A DNA stretch of 64,000 bases from an uncultured bacterium (GCA_913009335.1 CAJVXN010000003.1:3899-67898); one strand, 5' to 3'; counted from the first letter of the stretch, positions 29,039 to 40,166 are shown. The notes: a model not told the origin generated them from the letters alone. Made by a program: numbers and translations.

Positions 29039-29869
29039 TTATTGGGTACCCGTAACAGGATCCTGAAACCTTAAATCAATATACTTTATCTTTTTTAAAT
29101 TCGATCTTATCTTCGGCAAAAGCGAAGATAGTATTTTAATCCTTTTTTCAATTTCGTCTTTGCCGATTATTATTTTTATGCGCAATTTGTTTCTACTTGC
29201 GCGCGCAGGTGATACCTTTGAAGGACTGAAAGGACTAACCCTAATTTTAAAGAATATCCCGGATGAATCAGCTATATCAATATGCTCTATAGGATAAATA
29301 CGAAGATTATCCGTTACATTGTATGCTCTTAGAATATTTAAAGCAACATTTAAATCATCATTCTTTAATTTTTGGCCGATATAAAAAATTTTTATCTTAT
29401 CCTTCACTCCAATAATTTCCGGTAATTTTTCATATTTTTCAATAAGGGGCATCTCCAAGATAACCGCTTCGCAATCAACGAAGTACATTTTATCGCGCGC
29501 GCGCTTTTTAGCAGAGATAATTAACGGCAGATTTATTTTCGCGACCGGTAATCTCTCCTCAGCATTTATAACTAATACATTCGGTAAAGAACGTAAGATA
29601 TCTACGCTGCGCAACTTTGGATAATCAAAAAAAAGCCTTTTCTCTATTCTTTCTAAATCAACGCTGAATAAATTCTTGCCTAATAGATAAGACGGCGGCG
29701 CAATATTCGCGCCCCCTCGCATAACAATCCTGCTTATATTAAAGTACGTGGATTTAACCGTCCTTGCCTTTATTAGATAAATAAGTGCTGCGCATACGGC
29801 AACCGCCAGGCATATCAAAATTAAAAACTTAAGCGGATGAAACGTTTTATCTTCTTCTGTTATTCGCAT
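29039..29869 (-). CDS. ftsQ: Cell division protein FtsQ/DivIB (POTRA domain)
   Basis: Single N-terminal TM plus POTRA-like region, between ddl and ftsA. Confidence 0.55.
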   Translation of the reverse strand: MRITEEDKTFHPLKFLILICLAVAVCAALIYLIKARTVKSTYFNISRIVMRGGANIAPPSYLLGKNLFSVDLERIEKRLFFDYPKLRSVDILRSLPNVLVINAEERLPVAKINLPLIISAKKRARDKMYFVDCEAVILEMPLIEKYEKLPEIIGVKDKIKIFYIGQKLKNDDLNVALNILRAYNVTDNLRIYPIEHIDIADSSGIFFKIRVSPFSPSKVSPARASRNKLRIKIIIGKDEIEKRIKILSSLLPKIRSNLKKIKYIDLRFQDPVTGTQ

Positions 29870-30801
29870 GATTTTTTCGCCAATTTTAAAATCTTAAGAC
29901 AGAGCTCGGCAAAGTCGTATCCTTCGGCTGCGGCCGCCCTAGGCAAAAGACTGTTTCGAGTCATTCCGGGAATAGTATTAACTTCCAGGATAATAAGATT
30001 ATTCTTAGAATTCATAATCATATCCACACGGGAAAACCCACAGCACCCCAACGCACGATGCGCTGCGAGAGCACTTTCCTGAACATTTCCATAAACATCT
30101 TTTTCTAAAACTGCCGGTATTATATAATCGGTCAAACCCACCGTATACTTTGCCTGATAATCAAAAAACTTACGTTTTGGGACTATCTCTATAACCGAAA
30201 GCGCCTTTTCATCTAAGATACTCACCGTAAGCTCTCTGCCCTCTATATAATCCTCCATTAAAACCTGATCGTCATATTTAAAAGCATCATCAAGCGCGGA
30301 CTTAATACCCTCTTTAGTTTCTACAATAGTAAGCCCTATGCTTGATCCGGAAGAAACAGGTTTAACCACTAAAGGAAATTCAGCAATACTTGTGATATCA
30401 AAATTATCTTTTTTTAATATCAAAGCATCAGGCACTAATAAACCGCCCTGCTTCATGATATTTCGCGCGGTTATTTTATTTAAGCTTGATTTACTTGCCG
30501 CGACACCCGACCCGGTATAAGGAATATTATTATCACTCAATAACTGCTGTATTGTGCCGTCTTCGCCAAAAGCGCCGTGTAGTGCGATAAAAGCAATATC
30601 AATGCGACTTTTTTTTATTTGCTTAGCGACCTTATCGATGTCACTGTCTTTAATGTCTAAATCAACAACATCCAGGTTTAGTGATTTTAACGCCTCACTC
30701 ACCGCCTTACCTGACCTTAAAGATATCGTACGTTCGTTTGACGGTCCGCCCATTAAAACACCAATTAAACCAAATTCATTTTTGATATTCTCTAGTTCCA
30801 T
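29860..30801 (-). CDS. ddl: D-alanine--D-alanine ligase
   Basis: GGPSNERTISLRSG and FIALHGAFGEDGTIQ motifs; ATP-grasp C-terminus. Confidence 0.85.
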   Translation of the reverse strand: MELENIKNEFGLIGVLMGGPSNERTISLRSGKAVSEALKSLNLDVVDLDIKDSDIDKVAKQIKKSRIDIAFIALHGAFGEDGTIQQLLSDNNIPYTGSGVAASKSSLNKITARNIMKQGGLLVPDALILKKDNFDITSIAEFPLVVKPVSSGSSIGLTIVETKEGIKSALDDAFKYDDQVLMEDYIEGRELTVSILDEKALSVIEIVPKRKFFDYQAKYTVGLTDYIIPAVLEKDVYGNVQESALAAHRALGCCGFSRVDMIMNSKNNLIILEVNTIPGMTRNSLLPRAAAAEGYDFAELCLKILKLAKKSCE

Positions 30802-31724
30802 ATTTTAATTTCCGGAGTCAAAACAATATTAAATTTATTTCTAACCTTCTTCTTGATAAACCGGATAAGCCGTAATACATCACCCGCTTTAGCATTGCCT
30901 TTATTTAAAATAAAATTAGCATGTTTCTCGGAAATACACGCATCCCCTATCATCTTACCTTTTAAGCCGCATAAATCGATAAGACGCCCCGCGCTTATAT
31001 TGCTTTTAGGATTTTTAAAGATACACCCTAAAGACGCAAAGCGTAAGTCCTGAGTACGCCTTCGATAAACCAGATACTCCTTAATGTCTTCTTTGATCTG
31101 TTTTTTGGTCTTTTTAATCAATTTAAAACGCGCGCTTAGAATTATGTATTTTGACAGGTTAGAACGGCGATATCCAAAGATTAAATCTTTTTTATTTATC
31201 CTGCGAATTATTCCCCTATATGTCATAACCGTAATATCTTCTAATAAATTCGCTATGTTCGCCAGGCGTAATTTATTACTTTTTCTCTCCCCCGGCGCCG
31301 CGGGAATTTTAAACGATATGCCCGCATTCATAGAAAGCGCTCCCCCGACCGTTGCCGGAATACCGCTTAAAAACTCTAATCCTCCCAAATCGCACGATGC
31401 GGCCTTTTTTATTAAGAAACTAAGCTTTACTCCCGCCCCGCAGTCAACTATCTGTTTCCCAAATTCTATCCTTTTAAATTCCTTGGCGTTAAGGTTTATT
31501 ACCATCACGTTTATTTTTTTCTTTGCCACCAATATATTACTACCTGCACCTATAATCAATACGGGGATCTTTTTGTCTCTTGCAACTTTTACAGCAGAAC
31601 ATAAATCATTAATACTATCCGGCTCAAACCAAATCCTGGCCCTGCCTCCTATCTTAAAAGTTGAACGCGATTTAAGCGATTCATCAAATTTAATTTTTCC
31701 CGACAATCTTGATAGATAATTCAT
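30792..31724 (-). CDS. murB: UDP-N-acetylenolpyruvoylglucosamine reductase
   Basis: FAD-binding FKIGGRA...LIIGAGSNIL motifs. Confidence 0.8.
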   Translation of the reverse strand: MNYLSRLSGKIKFDESLKSRSTFKIGGRARIWFEPDSINDLCSAVKVARDKKIPVLIIGAGSNILVAKKKINVMVINLNAKEFKRIEFGKQIVDCGAGVKLSFLIKKAASCDLGGLEFLSGIPATVGGALSMNAGISFKIPAAPGERKSNKLRLANIANLLEDITVMTYRGIIRRINKKDLIFGYRRSNLSKYIILSARFKLIKKTKKQIKEDIKEYLVYRRRTQDLRFASLGCIFKNPKSNISAGRLIDLCGLKGKMIGDACISEKHANFILNKGNAKAGDVLRLIRFIKKKVRNKFNIVLTPEIKIWN

Positions 31725-33102
31725 CTGTTAATTTTCCTATATCCCCAGCGCCCAGAGTTATTATTATATCTCCGTGGGATATGATATTTAAAATTCTACT
31801 GACCACCTTATCTTTACGTACGAACTCTATATTTTTCTCTCGCCTTTTTTTTATTTTATCACATAAAACCTCAGCACTTATCCCCTCTATGGGAGCTTCC
31901 CCGGCTGCGTATATGTCAGTGATAATAAGGTGGTCCACATCGCTAAAGCTTTGGGCGAATTCATCCAAAAGATGCTTGGTGCGGCTATAACGGTGCGGTT
32001 GAAATACGGCAATAACTCTCTTATAACCGGTAGCTATGCCCTTGCTAGAATTCCTAAGGCTACTTCCGTTTAGAAGGGGCGCTAATGCAGCTAGGGTCGC
32101 CTTTATCTCCGTAGGATGATGCGCGTAATCATCGATTATTATATATTTATCAGATTTTGCCTTCACCTGAAACCTTCTCTTAATGCCGCGATAATTAAGC
32201 AGGCTTTCGTAAATTACTTTTTTATCTATGCCTAGTTCCAAGCCCAGCGCGATAACGCTCAACGAATTCGATACATTATGCAGTCCCGGAACAGAAAGCT
32301 TAAAATTCCCCACTCGCTTTGCGTTATATATACAATTAAAGCTAGAGCTAAAATATTCCAGGGATACCTTATCGGCGGTAATATCACAACTACTGCCAAA
32401 ACCAAAGGTTATGCTGCGTCTTTTTAGACCATCTAAAATCTTTTTTATATTGACATCATCACCGCATCCGATAATGCATCCGCCCTCTTTAGTTTTTGCG
32501 GCAAATTCAGCGAAACTATCAATCACACGGGAATAATTTTTATAAAAATCCAAATGCTCCGAATCAATATTTGTAATAATGGAATAATCCGGCGCATACT
32601 TTAAAAACGTTCCGTCACTTTCATCGGCTTCTGCTACAAAATATTTACTCGCACCGAGATAAATATTATTATCCCAATTATTTACTATGCCCCCGATAAC
32701 AGCAGTAGGTTCAAAACCCGCGCTTGCCAACATATAAGAAGCAAGCGAAGAAGTAGTTGTCTTTCCGTGAGAACCGACAACTACTATCGAGAAGGTACCC
32801 TTCATCAACTCGGCAAGACATTCCGCCCTCTCTATCACATTAATACCAAGGCCCCTTGCTGTTCTTAATTCTGCATTATCAGCATTAATCGCCGAAGAAT
32901 AAACAACTAAATCAGCGCCACGGATATTTTCAGAATTATGTCCCAGATATATTCTAATCCCCTGATTTTTAAGTGAATCCGTTATACGCGATTTTTTTAT
33001 ATCAGAACCGCTAACAATTATACCTTTACTGCGCAAGATAGAAGCAATCCCGCTCATGCCGATTCCGCCTATACCGATAAAATGTATATGTTTATAATCC
33101 AT
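31690..33102 (-). CDS. murC: UDP-N-acetylmuramate--L-alanine ligase
   Basis: IHFIGIGGIGMSGIA N-terminal motif; Mur ligase P-loop GSHGKTTT. Confidence 0.85.
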   Translation of the reverse strand: MDYKHIHFIGIGGIGMSGIASILRSKGIIVSGSDIKKSRITDSLKNQGIRIYLGHNSENIRGADLVVYSSAINADNAELRTARGLGINVIERAECLAELMKGTFSIVVVGSHGKTTTSSLASYMLASAGFEPTAVIGGIVNNWDNNIYLGASKYFVAEADESDGTFLKYAPDYSIITNIDSEHLDFYKNYSRVIDSFAEFAAKTKEGGCIIGCGDDVNIKKILDGLKRRSITFGFGSSCDITADKVSLEYFSSSFNCIYNAKRVGNFKLSVPGLHNVSNSLSVIALGLELGIDKKVIYESLLNYRGIKRRFQVKAKSDKYIIIDDYAHHPTEIKATLAALAPLLNGSSLRNSSKGIATGYKRVIAVFQPHRYSRTKHLLDEFAQSFSDVDHLIITDIYAAGEAPIEGISAEVLCDKIKKRREKNIEFVRKDKVVSRILNIISHGDIIITLGAGDIGKLTDELSIKIVGKN

Positions 33103-33181
33103 AATAAAGTATCGAAATGAAAGATTTTAAACTTTACTACTCTGACACTAACGAGCGCAGCGAGTGATGACACTCTGACAC

Positions 33182-33988
33182 TTATTCTTTCAGATATTTC
33201 ACCCACTTCTTATTTAAAGCTTCAAGGTCCCGGCAATGGAAGCGCCAGAGAGCAGATTTAAAATCATCACCGTCTCTTAAATCACGGCAGAACCAACCGA
33301 ATATTCCCCTGCCGTACTTTGAGATTATAAAATTAACCACACTCACTGATTCGGCATAAAAAAGCTCTACCTGTTTACGGTCAGTAACCTTGCGCACATC
33401 CATCTTGGTTAATTCCTCAAGCCCTATAAAACTCTCCATTTTTAATGCTCGCTTAACAACCCTGTCTGCCGCGATCCTTTTTGTTCTTTCCTGATAAGAA
33501 GCTACTCCTTCATCTAGCCAGAGAGGAATACGCGTATCGTTTCCAACAAATTCGCGAAAAATAATATGCCCTAATTCATGCGGCAAGAGAGAATCAAAAA
33601 ATCCGGCCATCTGAGGATAGGTCTTGATTATTTTTTGCTGATAGTGCACTACTCCGCCGCTCCATTGCGGCTGATTAGTAGTATTAATAAAATCATCTTT
33701 ATCATCGTATATATAAATTTTCGCCCTATTATCCCAAATCCAGAAATCATACCTGGTAAAACCCAAATTCTGAGTTATCTTGATATAGTGCCGCTCAGCC
33801 TCATCAATTATCTCTTCTATAAAATCATTAGGTACATCTTGAAAATAAACAATAAAATGCTCGCTTTTTTTCTGGCGCCACTTCTTCTCTTTTGCTGAAA
33901 CATCATGCGAGACAACACACAAAGCAAAAAATAGCACAATAAATGCTACAAAAAACTTATATTTCATTTGGATTCCTTTTTTTAACAA
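33182..33988 (-). CDS. Secreted zinc metallopeptidase-like protein (HExxH...E gluzincin motif) inserted between murG and murC
   Basis: Signal peptide (FFVAFIVLFFALCVVSHDVSA); HELGH followed 24 aa later by LDEGVASY. Confidence 0.45.
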   Translation of the reverse strand: MLKKGIQMKYKFFVAFIVLFFALCVVSHDVSAKEKKWRQKKSEHFIVYFQDVPNDFIEEIIDEAERHYIKITQNLGFTRYDFWIWDNRAKIYIYDDKDDFINTTNQPQWSGGVVHYQQKIIKTYPQMAGFFDSLLPHELGHIIFREFVGNDTRIPLWLDEGVASYQERTKRIAADRVVKRALKMESFIGLEELTKMDVRKVTDRKQVELFYAESVSVVNFIISKYGRGIFGWFCRDLRDGDDFKSALWRFHCRDLEALNKKWVKYLKE

Positions 33989-35111
33989 GCATTAATAATT
34001 CATCAGCCAGCCTATTAACGGCTAGAAGAATATTATTATTGTCCAAATCGCGCCCTTCCTTATTACCTGTCTTACTTCGCGTAAATCCTTCCCGAAGCGC
34101 ATCAAGCTTTACAGGATCATTGATAAAATCAACTATATAGCTGCCTAAATTACGGCTATTTAAATTTTTCTCTTCAATCATGAGCGCCTGATTACGCCCG
34201 ACTAGAACTTTCGCATTCGCAAGCTGATGGGCTCCGGCATAAGGATAAGGTATTAAAATAGCCGGCAGCTTAAAATAAGAGATTTCCGAAATCGTTGATG
34301 CCCCTGCCCGGGATATTAATATATCTGCCGCGCTAAACATATAAGAGATTTGATCGGAAAAACCAACTACCTTATTTTTAAAACCCATTTTCGCGTAAGT
34401 TCGCCGCGCTAATTCAAGATCCCTTTGACCGGTAATATGTATAACCTGCAATTTATCATTTTCTATTTGCCCTAATGCCTCTATAAATTTTTCATTTATA
34501 TTATGAGCGCCGGCTGTCCCCCCCATAACTAAAACAGTAAATAATTCACTATCTAACCCCAAATATTCTAAAGCTTTTTTTTTATCCATACGCTTCATCT
34601 GCGGGCGGATAGGATTACCTACTAATACTGTTTTCTTACCTGTGCCCGAATGGGTAAGTGCGGCGAATTTTTTTGTTTCTTCAAAGCTTACCAGTACCTT
34701 TTTTACAAAATAAGATAAGAGGCGGTTCGCGCGCCCCATGGAGACATTCTGCTCATGGATAGCTGCCGGGATTCTTAATATACAGGCTGCCATAACCAGA
34801 GGAAAAGAAGCATAACCCCCAAAACCTATAACAACCTGCGGCTTCTCAAGACGCAAGATATTAAAGCAACTCCCCATTGCCTTAAACAATCTAAATATGC
34901 TCCTAATAAAAGTCATAATAGAATGCGTGTTGATTTTACAATTTGCTATAACATATGTAAGAATATTTTCTTTGGCTAAATTTTCTTTTAATTCCTCATT
35001 GGGGCTAACCAGTAAAATATCGTGAAGTTTTTTTGTCTTTAGATGCAAAATCAGACTAAGGGCCGGATTGATATGCCCGTATGTCCCGCCTGCTGTAACT
35101 ATCACTTTCAT
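33957..35111 (-). CDS. murG: UDP-N-acetylglucosamine--N-acetylmuramyl-(pentapeptide) pyrophosphoryl-undecaprenol GlcNAc transferase
   Basis: MKVIVTAGGTYGHINPALSL N-terminal signature; GT28 C-terminal domain. Confidence 0.85.
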   Translation of the reverse strand: MKVIVTAGGTYGHINPALSLILHLKTKKLHDILLVSPNEELKENLAKENILTYVIANCKINTHSIMTFIRSIFRLFKAMGSCFNILRLEKPQVVIGFGGYASFPLVMAACILRIPAAIHEQNVSMGRANRLLSYFVKKVLVSFEETKKFAALTHSGTGKKTVLVGNPIRPQMKRMDKKKALEYLGLDSELFTVLVMGGTAGAHNINEKFIEALGQIENDKLQVIHITGQRDLELARRTYAKMGFKNKVVGFSDQISYMFSAADILISRAGASTISEISYFKLPAILIPYPYAGAHQLANAKVLVGRNQALMIEEKNLNSRNLGSYIVDFINDPVKLDALREGFTRSKTGNKEGRDLDNNNILLAVNRLADELLMLVKKRNPNEI

Positions 35112-35144
35112 TTTAATTTACCAGCTCCTGGAAAATAACTCTTC

Positions 35145-36263
35145 TTAACTAATCGCAGCCGTCGCATCATTTGCCCTGGAAATATTCAACAGCAGTCCAA
35201 CACAAATCATATCAATTACTAAGGCGGTACCGCCATAACTTATGAAAGGCAAAGGCAATCCCTTTGTCGGTAAAAAACCTATTGAGACCCCTATATTTAT
35301 ACAGGCCTTTAGCGCGATCATAGAAATGATACCCAGACTTAAAAATTTTCCGAAAATATCATTAGCATAGCGAGAAATCAAAGATGTCTGCCAGATAAAA
35401 GCAATAAAAAGTACGATAATCAGAAGTGTGCCTAATAAGCCCAACTCTTCTCCGATTATGGAAAATATAAAATCGGTGTGCGCGGCGGGAAGATAGAATA
35501 ACTTCTGCCTGCTTTGGCCGATACCCAAACCAAAGAGGCCGCCTGAACCCAAAGCAATCTGGGATTGAATAATTTGAAACCCGCTACCTCTAGGATCCAG
35601 CCAGGGATTAAGAAAGGCTAAAATCCTTGCTTTACGATAAGGAACGTTAAATATTAAGAAATGAAGCGCGGGCAGTGCCGACAAAATGCAGAACCCTAGA
35701 TTTGAAAGCCTCACCCCTGCGACAAATAGCATAATAAAGGCAATAGCTATTAAACTCACAGTGCCCCCTAAATCCGGCTGCATTAATATTAAAGACGCCA
35801 TCGCCGCTAAAGCTATCATCGGAGGTAAAAACCCCCGCCAAAAATTATGTATTAAATTTTTATTGCGGGAAATAAAATCCGCTAAATAAACAATCAAGCC
35901 TACCTGCGCTAATTCCGAAGGTTGAAAACTAAAACCAAATATCCGAAACCAACGCCTGGCACCCCCTATCTCTTTACCCACTACTAAAACCAGAATAAGT
36001 AAAAATAAAGAAATACCAAAAATAATCTTGGCGTATTTTTGCAAGATCCGATAATCAAAGGCCATAGCAATAAGCGCAAGAATAAACCCAATACCTAAAT
36101 ATAAAATCTGCTTCTTTAAATAAAAATTTGAATCCCCCAGTTTCTCCCATACATAGATAGAAGACGCGCTGTAAATCATAACTACACCGATACAAATCAA
36201 TATAAACGTTATGAGAAATATCGATATTCGTATGTTGCGCATACTTATTCTTTTATAAGGCAT
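35145..36263 (-). CDS. ftsW: SEDS-family peptidoglycan glycosyltransferase FtsW
   Basis: 10-TM FtsW/RodA/SpoVE family; standard dcw position between murD and murG. Confidence 0.8.
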   Translation of the reverse strand: MPYKRISMRNIRISIFLITFILICIGVVMIYSASSIYVWEKLGDSNFYLKKQILYLGIGFILALIAMAFDYRILQKYAKIIFGISLFLLILVLVVGKEIGGARRWFRIFGFSFQPSELAQVGLIVYLADFISRNKNLIHNFWRGFLPPMIALAAMASLILMQPDLGGTVSLIAIAFIMLFVAGVRLSNLGFCILSALPALHFLIFNVPYRKARILAFLNPWLDPRGSGFQIIQSQIALGSGGLFGLGIGQSRQKLFYLPAAHTDFIFSIIGEELGLLGTLLIIVLFIAFIWQTSLISRYANDIFGKFLSLGIISMIALKACINIGVSIGFLPTKGLPLPFISYGGTALVIDMICVGLLLNISRANDATAAIS

Positions 36264-36284
36264 TGCAATCTCTTAGTTAGCTAA

Positions 36285-37565
36285 TTAGTCCTGTTTCTTT
36301 TTTAGCTGTTTAACTTCTTCTCTAAAAACATTCCCTCTTTGTTCAAAATCGCTAAACATATCAAAGCTTGCGCACATAGGCGAAAGCAAAACACAATCCG
36401 CCTCAAGACTCATGTTGAAGGCCGCATAAACTGCCTTTTTAAGATTTTCGCATTCAATAATCGGCACAATACCTTTATAAGCTTTTTTTATTTTATTCTT
36501 TGCCTCGCCTATCAAAATTAAAACCTTTACCTTGCGCCGCACTAAATCTTTTATACTTTTAAAATCTACCCCTTTATCTTGCCCCCCGGCGATTAAGATT
36601 ACCGGACTATAAATCCTATTTAACGCCCAGGTAGTTGATACGACTGTTGTAGCTTTAGAATCATTAATAAAGCTGACCCCCTCAATCTTATCTATAAATT
36701 CCATACGATGCTCAAGACCCTTAAAATTTTCCAGCGCCTTTAAACAATCAGCTTTAGTTATACCGAATATCTTACCCACGCTTACTGCTGCCGCGTAATT
36801 AGCGTCTAAATTTTTATCATCAGCTGCGAAAAATTTCACCCTGGATTTAACCTCTTTAGCAAGCCTTGCGACTATTGCGTCATTTTTATTAAAAACCGCG
36901 AAATCATTTTTATCTTGATTTAAAAATATACGCTTTTTAGCTTTTAAATAATCATCTAAATCTTTATGACGGTTGAGATGATTAGGGCTAAAATTTAATA
37001 TAACGCAAACCTTCGGCTTAAAATTAAAACAGGCCTCCAACTGAAACGAACTGATCTCTAAAACTACCAAATCACCCTTTTTAACTTTTGCCACTTCTTG
37101 TGAAAAAGGCTTACCGATATTTCCGCAGACATAAGCCTTCTTTGAATTACTGTTTAAAACATGCCCCACCAAAGTAGTAGTGGTAGATTTTCCGCTGGTT
37201 CCCGTAATCGCCACAATCGCAGCGGGACAAACCTGCGAGGCTAACTCAATCTCACTGATTACGGGGATATTTTCAGCGCGCGCCCAATTAAGACACGCCG
37301 CGGTAAGTAAGACTCCGGGGCTTACAACAACTAAATCACAACGCCTGAATAACTCTCTTGAATGCCCGCCTAATTCTACGTCTATTCCTAACCTTTTTAA
37401 TTGCCTGCTATTTTTTCGTATCTCTTTAGTGTCCTTAGAATCACTAACTAATACTTTAGCGCCTAAATCTCTAAGAAGCTTTGCCGCGGATATTCCGCTT
37501 CTTGCTGCCCCCACAACAACTGCTCTTTTGTTTTTAAAATTTGTATTCTTCATTTTTAATACCAA
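36285..37565 (-). CDS. murD: UDP-N-acetylmuramoylalanine--D-glutamate ligase
   Basis: VVVGAARSGISAAKLL Rossmann; GTSGKSTTTTL P-loop. Confidence 0.85.
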   Translation of the reverse strand: MVLKMKNTNFKNKRAVVVGAARSGISAAKLLRDLGAKVLVSDSKDTKEIRKNSRQLKRLGIDVELGGHSRELFRRCDLVVVSPGVLLTAACLNWARAENIPVISEIELASQVCPAAIVAITGTSGKSTTTTLVGHVLNSNSKKAYVCGNIGKPFSQEVAKVKKGDLVVLEISSFQLEACFNFKPKVCVILNFSPNHLNRHKDLDDYLKAKKRIFLNQDKNDFAVFNKNDAIVARLAKEVKSRVKFFAADDKNLDANYAAAVSVGKIFGITKADCLKALENFKGLEHRMEFIDKIEGVSFINDSKATTVVSTTWALNRIYSPVILIAGGQDKGVDFKSIKDLVRRKVKVLILIGEAKNKIKKAYKGIVPIIECENLKKAVYAAFNMSLEADCVLLSPMCASFDMFSDFEQRGNVFREEVKQLKKKQD

Positions 37566-37575
37566 GTTTCTCTTA

Positions 37576-38664
37576 CTACCTTAACTTAAGCGTGATTAGA
37601 GCAAAAATAAGAAATATTATACTTACAATCCAAAAACGGATAATTATCTTAGACTCCTTCCACCCCAACATCTGAAAATGATGATGCAAAGGAGACATCT
37701 TAAAAATTCTCTTACCGGTTGCCTTAAACCAGATTACCTGAATTATCACAGATAAAACCTCAATAACAAATACCCCGCCTACAAAAATCAAAAGTAATTC
37801 TTTCTTTGTAAGTATGGCTATTGTTCCGATCATACCCCCTAAGGCAAGTGAACCCGTATCACCCATAAAAATATTTGCCGGGTGACAATTAAACCATAAA
37901 AACCCTAAGGCTGCCCCTAATATCGCGGCACAGAAAACAGTAAGTTCTGCCGCCTGAGGTATATGAGAGATTAAAAGGTATTTGCTAAAAACCGCATGCC
38001 CGACAATATAGCTTAAGATAAAATAACAAATTGTCACCATAGTAACGGTGCCTATAGCAAGGCCGTCTAGGCCATCAGTGATATTTACGGCGTTAGAAGT
38101 GGCTACAATCACCAGAATAATAAAAAAGATATAGAAAAACCCTAAATCAATAACTACCTTCTTAAAAAACGGAACATCTAAAACAGTTGAGAATGTACCG
38201 TCAAAAAATAGTATTATCCCTATTATTCCCCCTAAAACTATCTGCCAGAATAATTTTGTCTTACCGGATAAACCCTTGGAGCGGCACTTGGCCAGCTTTA
38301 TATAATCATCGCGAAATCCTAAAGCAGCAAGCCATAACGCGCTCAATAAAGAAATCAAGATATAGCTATTTGCTAAATCCGCCCAGAGTAAAACTGAAAT
38401 ACTAATAGCAAATACTATAAGCAAACCTCCCATTGTGGGCGTACCCTGCTTATGAGGCTGCATTTTATAAAGTGCCAAGCATTCTTCCTTACGAATATTC
38501 TCGCAGACCTTAAGTGAGGCCAACTTTTTTATAATATAAGGCCCAAATATAACACAGACCAAAAAAGAGGTTACTGCCGACATCCCCGCGCGAAAAGTAA
38601 TATAGCGGAAAATATTAAAAGCAGAAAAAACATCCTTCAAAGGGTAAAGAAAATGATAAAACAT
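37576..38664 (-). CDS. mraY: Phospho-N-acetylmuramoyl-pentapeptide transferase
   Basis: PNPT family: ANIFMGDTGSLALGG and DGLDGLA motifs. Confidence 0.9.
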   Translation of the reverse strand: MFYHFLYPLKDVFSAFNIFRYITFRAGMSAVTSFLVCVIFGPYIIKKLASLKVCENIRKEECLALYKMQPHKQGTPTMGGLLIVFAISISVLLWADLANSYILISLLSALWLAALGFRDDYIKLAKCRSKGLSGKTKLFWQIVLGGIIGIILFFDGTFSTVLDVPFFKKVVIDLGFFYIFFIILVIVATSNAVNITDGLDGLAIGTVTMVTICYFILSYIVGHAVFSKYLLISHIPQAAELTVFCAAILGAALGFLWFNCHPANIFMGDTGSLALGGMIGTIAILTKKELLLIFVGGVFVIEVLSVIIQVIWFKATGKRIFKMSPLHHHFQMLGWKESKIIIRFWIVSIIFLIFALITLKLR

Positions 38665-40151
38665 TATAAGTCCTCTATTATCTCCTCCATGCGCATACCA
38701 CGGGAGCCCTTAACCAACACCAAGTCATCATCCCTAAGCAAATTAAGAAGTATACCCCTCGCTTCTAAGGTACACCCGCAGGAGTAAACTTTTAAATTGC
38801 TTCGTTTTTTGGTTTTTATAGCATCTGCCGCATGATGCGATAAAGGGCCGACGGTAATCAGTGTATCTATTCCGGATTTAATTATTTTTTTAGCAATTTC
38901 ACGATGCAGCATAACGCTTCTTTTGCCTAACTCCAGCATATCACCCATGACAAATACCTTTTTTCCTTTGGTATCAAACTCACTTAATGTTTGTATCGCA
39001 TACTCAAGCGATAAAGGATTGGAATTATAAGTATCATCGATTACGTGATACCCCCTGATCTTCTTAAGGCTTATACGTGTAGACGGCATAATAAAAGCGG
39101 ATAATTTATTTTTTATATCTTTATAATTCAACCCGAAAATAACGCCGCAGGAAATCGCGGCTAAGACATTATAAGCATTCTGCCTACCTAAAACATTAAT
39201 CTTAAATCTATGTTTTTTATTTAAGCTAAACTCTAAAACCCCTCTCGCGCATTCAATATTCGTTGCCGTGAAATCACAGGTCTTCTTTAGGCCAAACGTA
39301 AATAAATTTAGGTCCTTACTAGTCTTGGCTTTTTTTCTAAGGCGCATATCATCGCCGTTTAATATTGCGATAAACGGATGCTTTAGATTTTTTACTAAAT
39401 CATATTTTTCATTACAAATAGAATCAATGGTTTTAAAAAATTCAAGATGCGAATAACCGACATTAGTAATTATTCCTATACTGGGTGCTACTATCTCGGC
39501 AAGCCTTTTGATCTCACCGAAATTACTCGTGCCCATTTCAACAAGAGCAATATCAACTTCCTTATTTAACCCCAGCAGTGTATGAGACACCCCTATTGAA
39601 TTATTAAAAGTCCCTTTATTTTTTAATACGTTAAACTTTGCCGATAAAACATCTGCGACCATCTCCTTTGTAGTAGTCTTTCCGCAGGAACCTGTAATCC
39701 CCACGACAGGAATTTTAAAACGCCTGCGATGAAACGCGGCAAGATTACATAAGGCTCCAATAGCATCATCTGTACGTATAAAGCTTACACTCGCGCAATC
39801 CTTGAGCGATAAGTTATCTTTATTAATGCGGGATGCTCCCTGGGAAGCATCAAACCGAAAATCACTTTCAACTATTATAGCTTGCGCGCCTTTAACTATT
39901 GCCTGATTTATAAAATTATGTCCGTCGAAATTCTTACCGCGAATAGCAATAAATAAATTACCTCTAGATAATGTACGGGTATCGGTTGATACACCCGATA
40001 CGGATAAATCATCACTCCCCGCAATAAGCTTACCATTCGTTGCCCGGATTATCTCAAAAACGCTAAATTGAGGAATAGACGGCCTTAAGCATTCATCCTG
40101 ACGCTTAATGATAACCTTTTTCTTGGATTTATTTTCTATCTCTCTCTTCAT
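38664..40151 (-). CDS. murF: UDP-N-acetylmuramoyl-tripeptide--D-alanyl-D-alanine ligase
   Basis: Mur ligase fold with GITGSCGKTTTKEM P-loop; dcw order. Confidence 0.8.
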   Translation of the reverse strand: MKREIENKSKKKVIIKRQDECLRPSIPQFSVFEIIRATNGKLIAGSDDLSVSGVSTDTRTLSRGNLFIAIRGKNFDGHNFINQAIVKGAQAIIVESDFRFDASQGASRINKDNLSLKDCASVSFIRTDDAIGALCNLAAFHRRRFKIPVVGITGSCGKTTTKEMVADVLSAKFNVLKNKGTFNNSIGVSHTLLGLNKEVDIALVEMGTSNFGEIKRLAEIVAPSIGIITNVGYSHLEFFKTIDSICNEKYDLVKNLKHPFIAILNGDDMRLRKKAKTSKDLNLFTFGLKKTCDFTATNIECARGVLEFSLNKKHRFKINVLGRQNAYNVLAAISCGVIFGLNYKDIKNKLSAFIMPSTRISLKKIRGYHVIDDTYNSNPLSLEYAIQTLSEFDTKGKKVFVMGDMLELGKRSVMLHREIAKKIIKSGIDTLITVGPLSHHAADAIKTKKRSNLKVYSCGCTLEARGILLNLLRDDDLVLVKGSRGMRMEEIIEDL

Positions 40152-40166
40152 TATTAACTCACTAAA

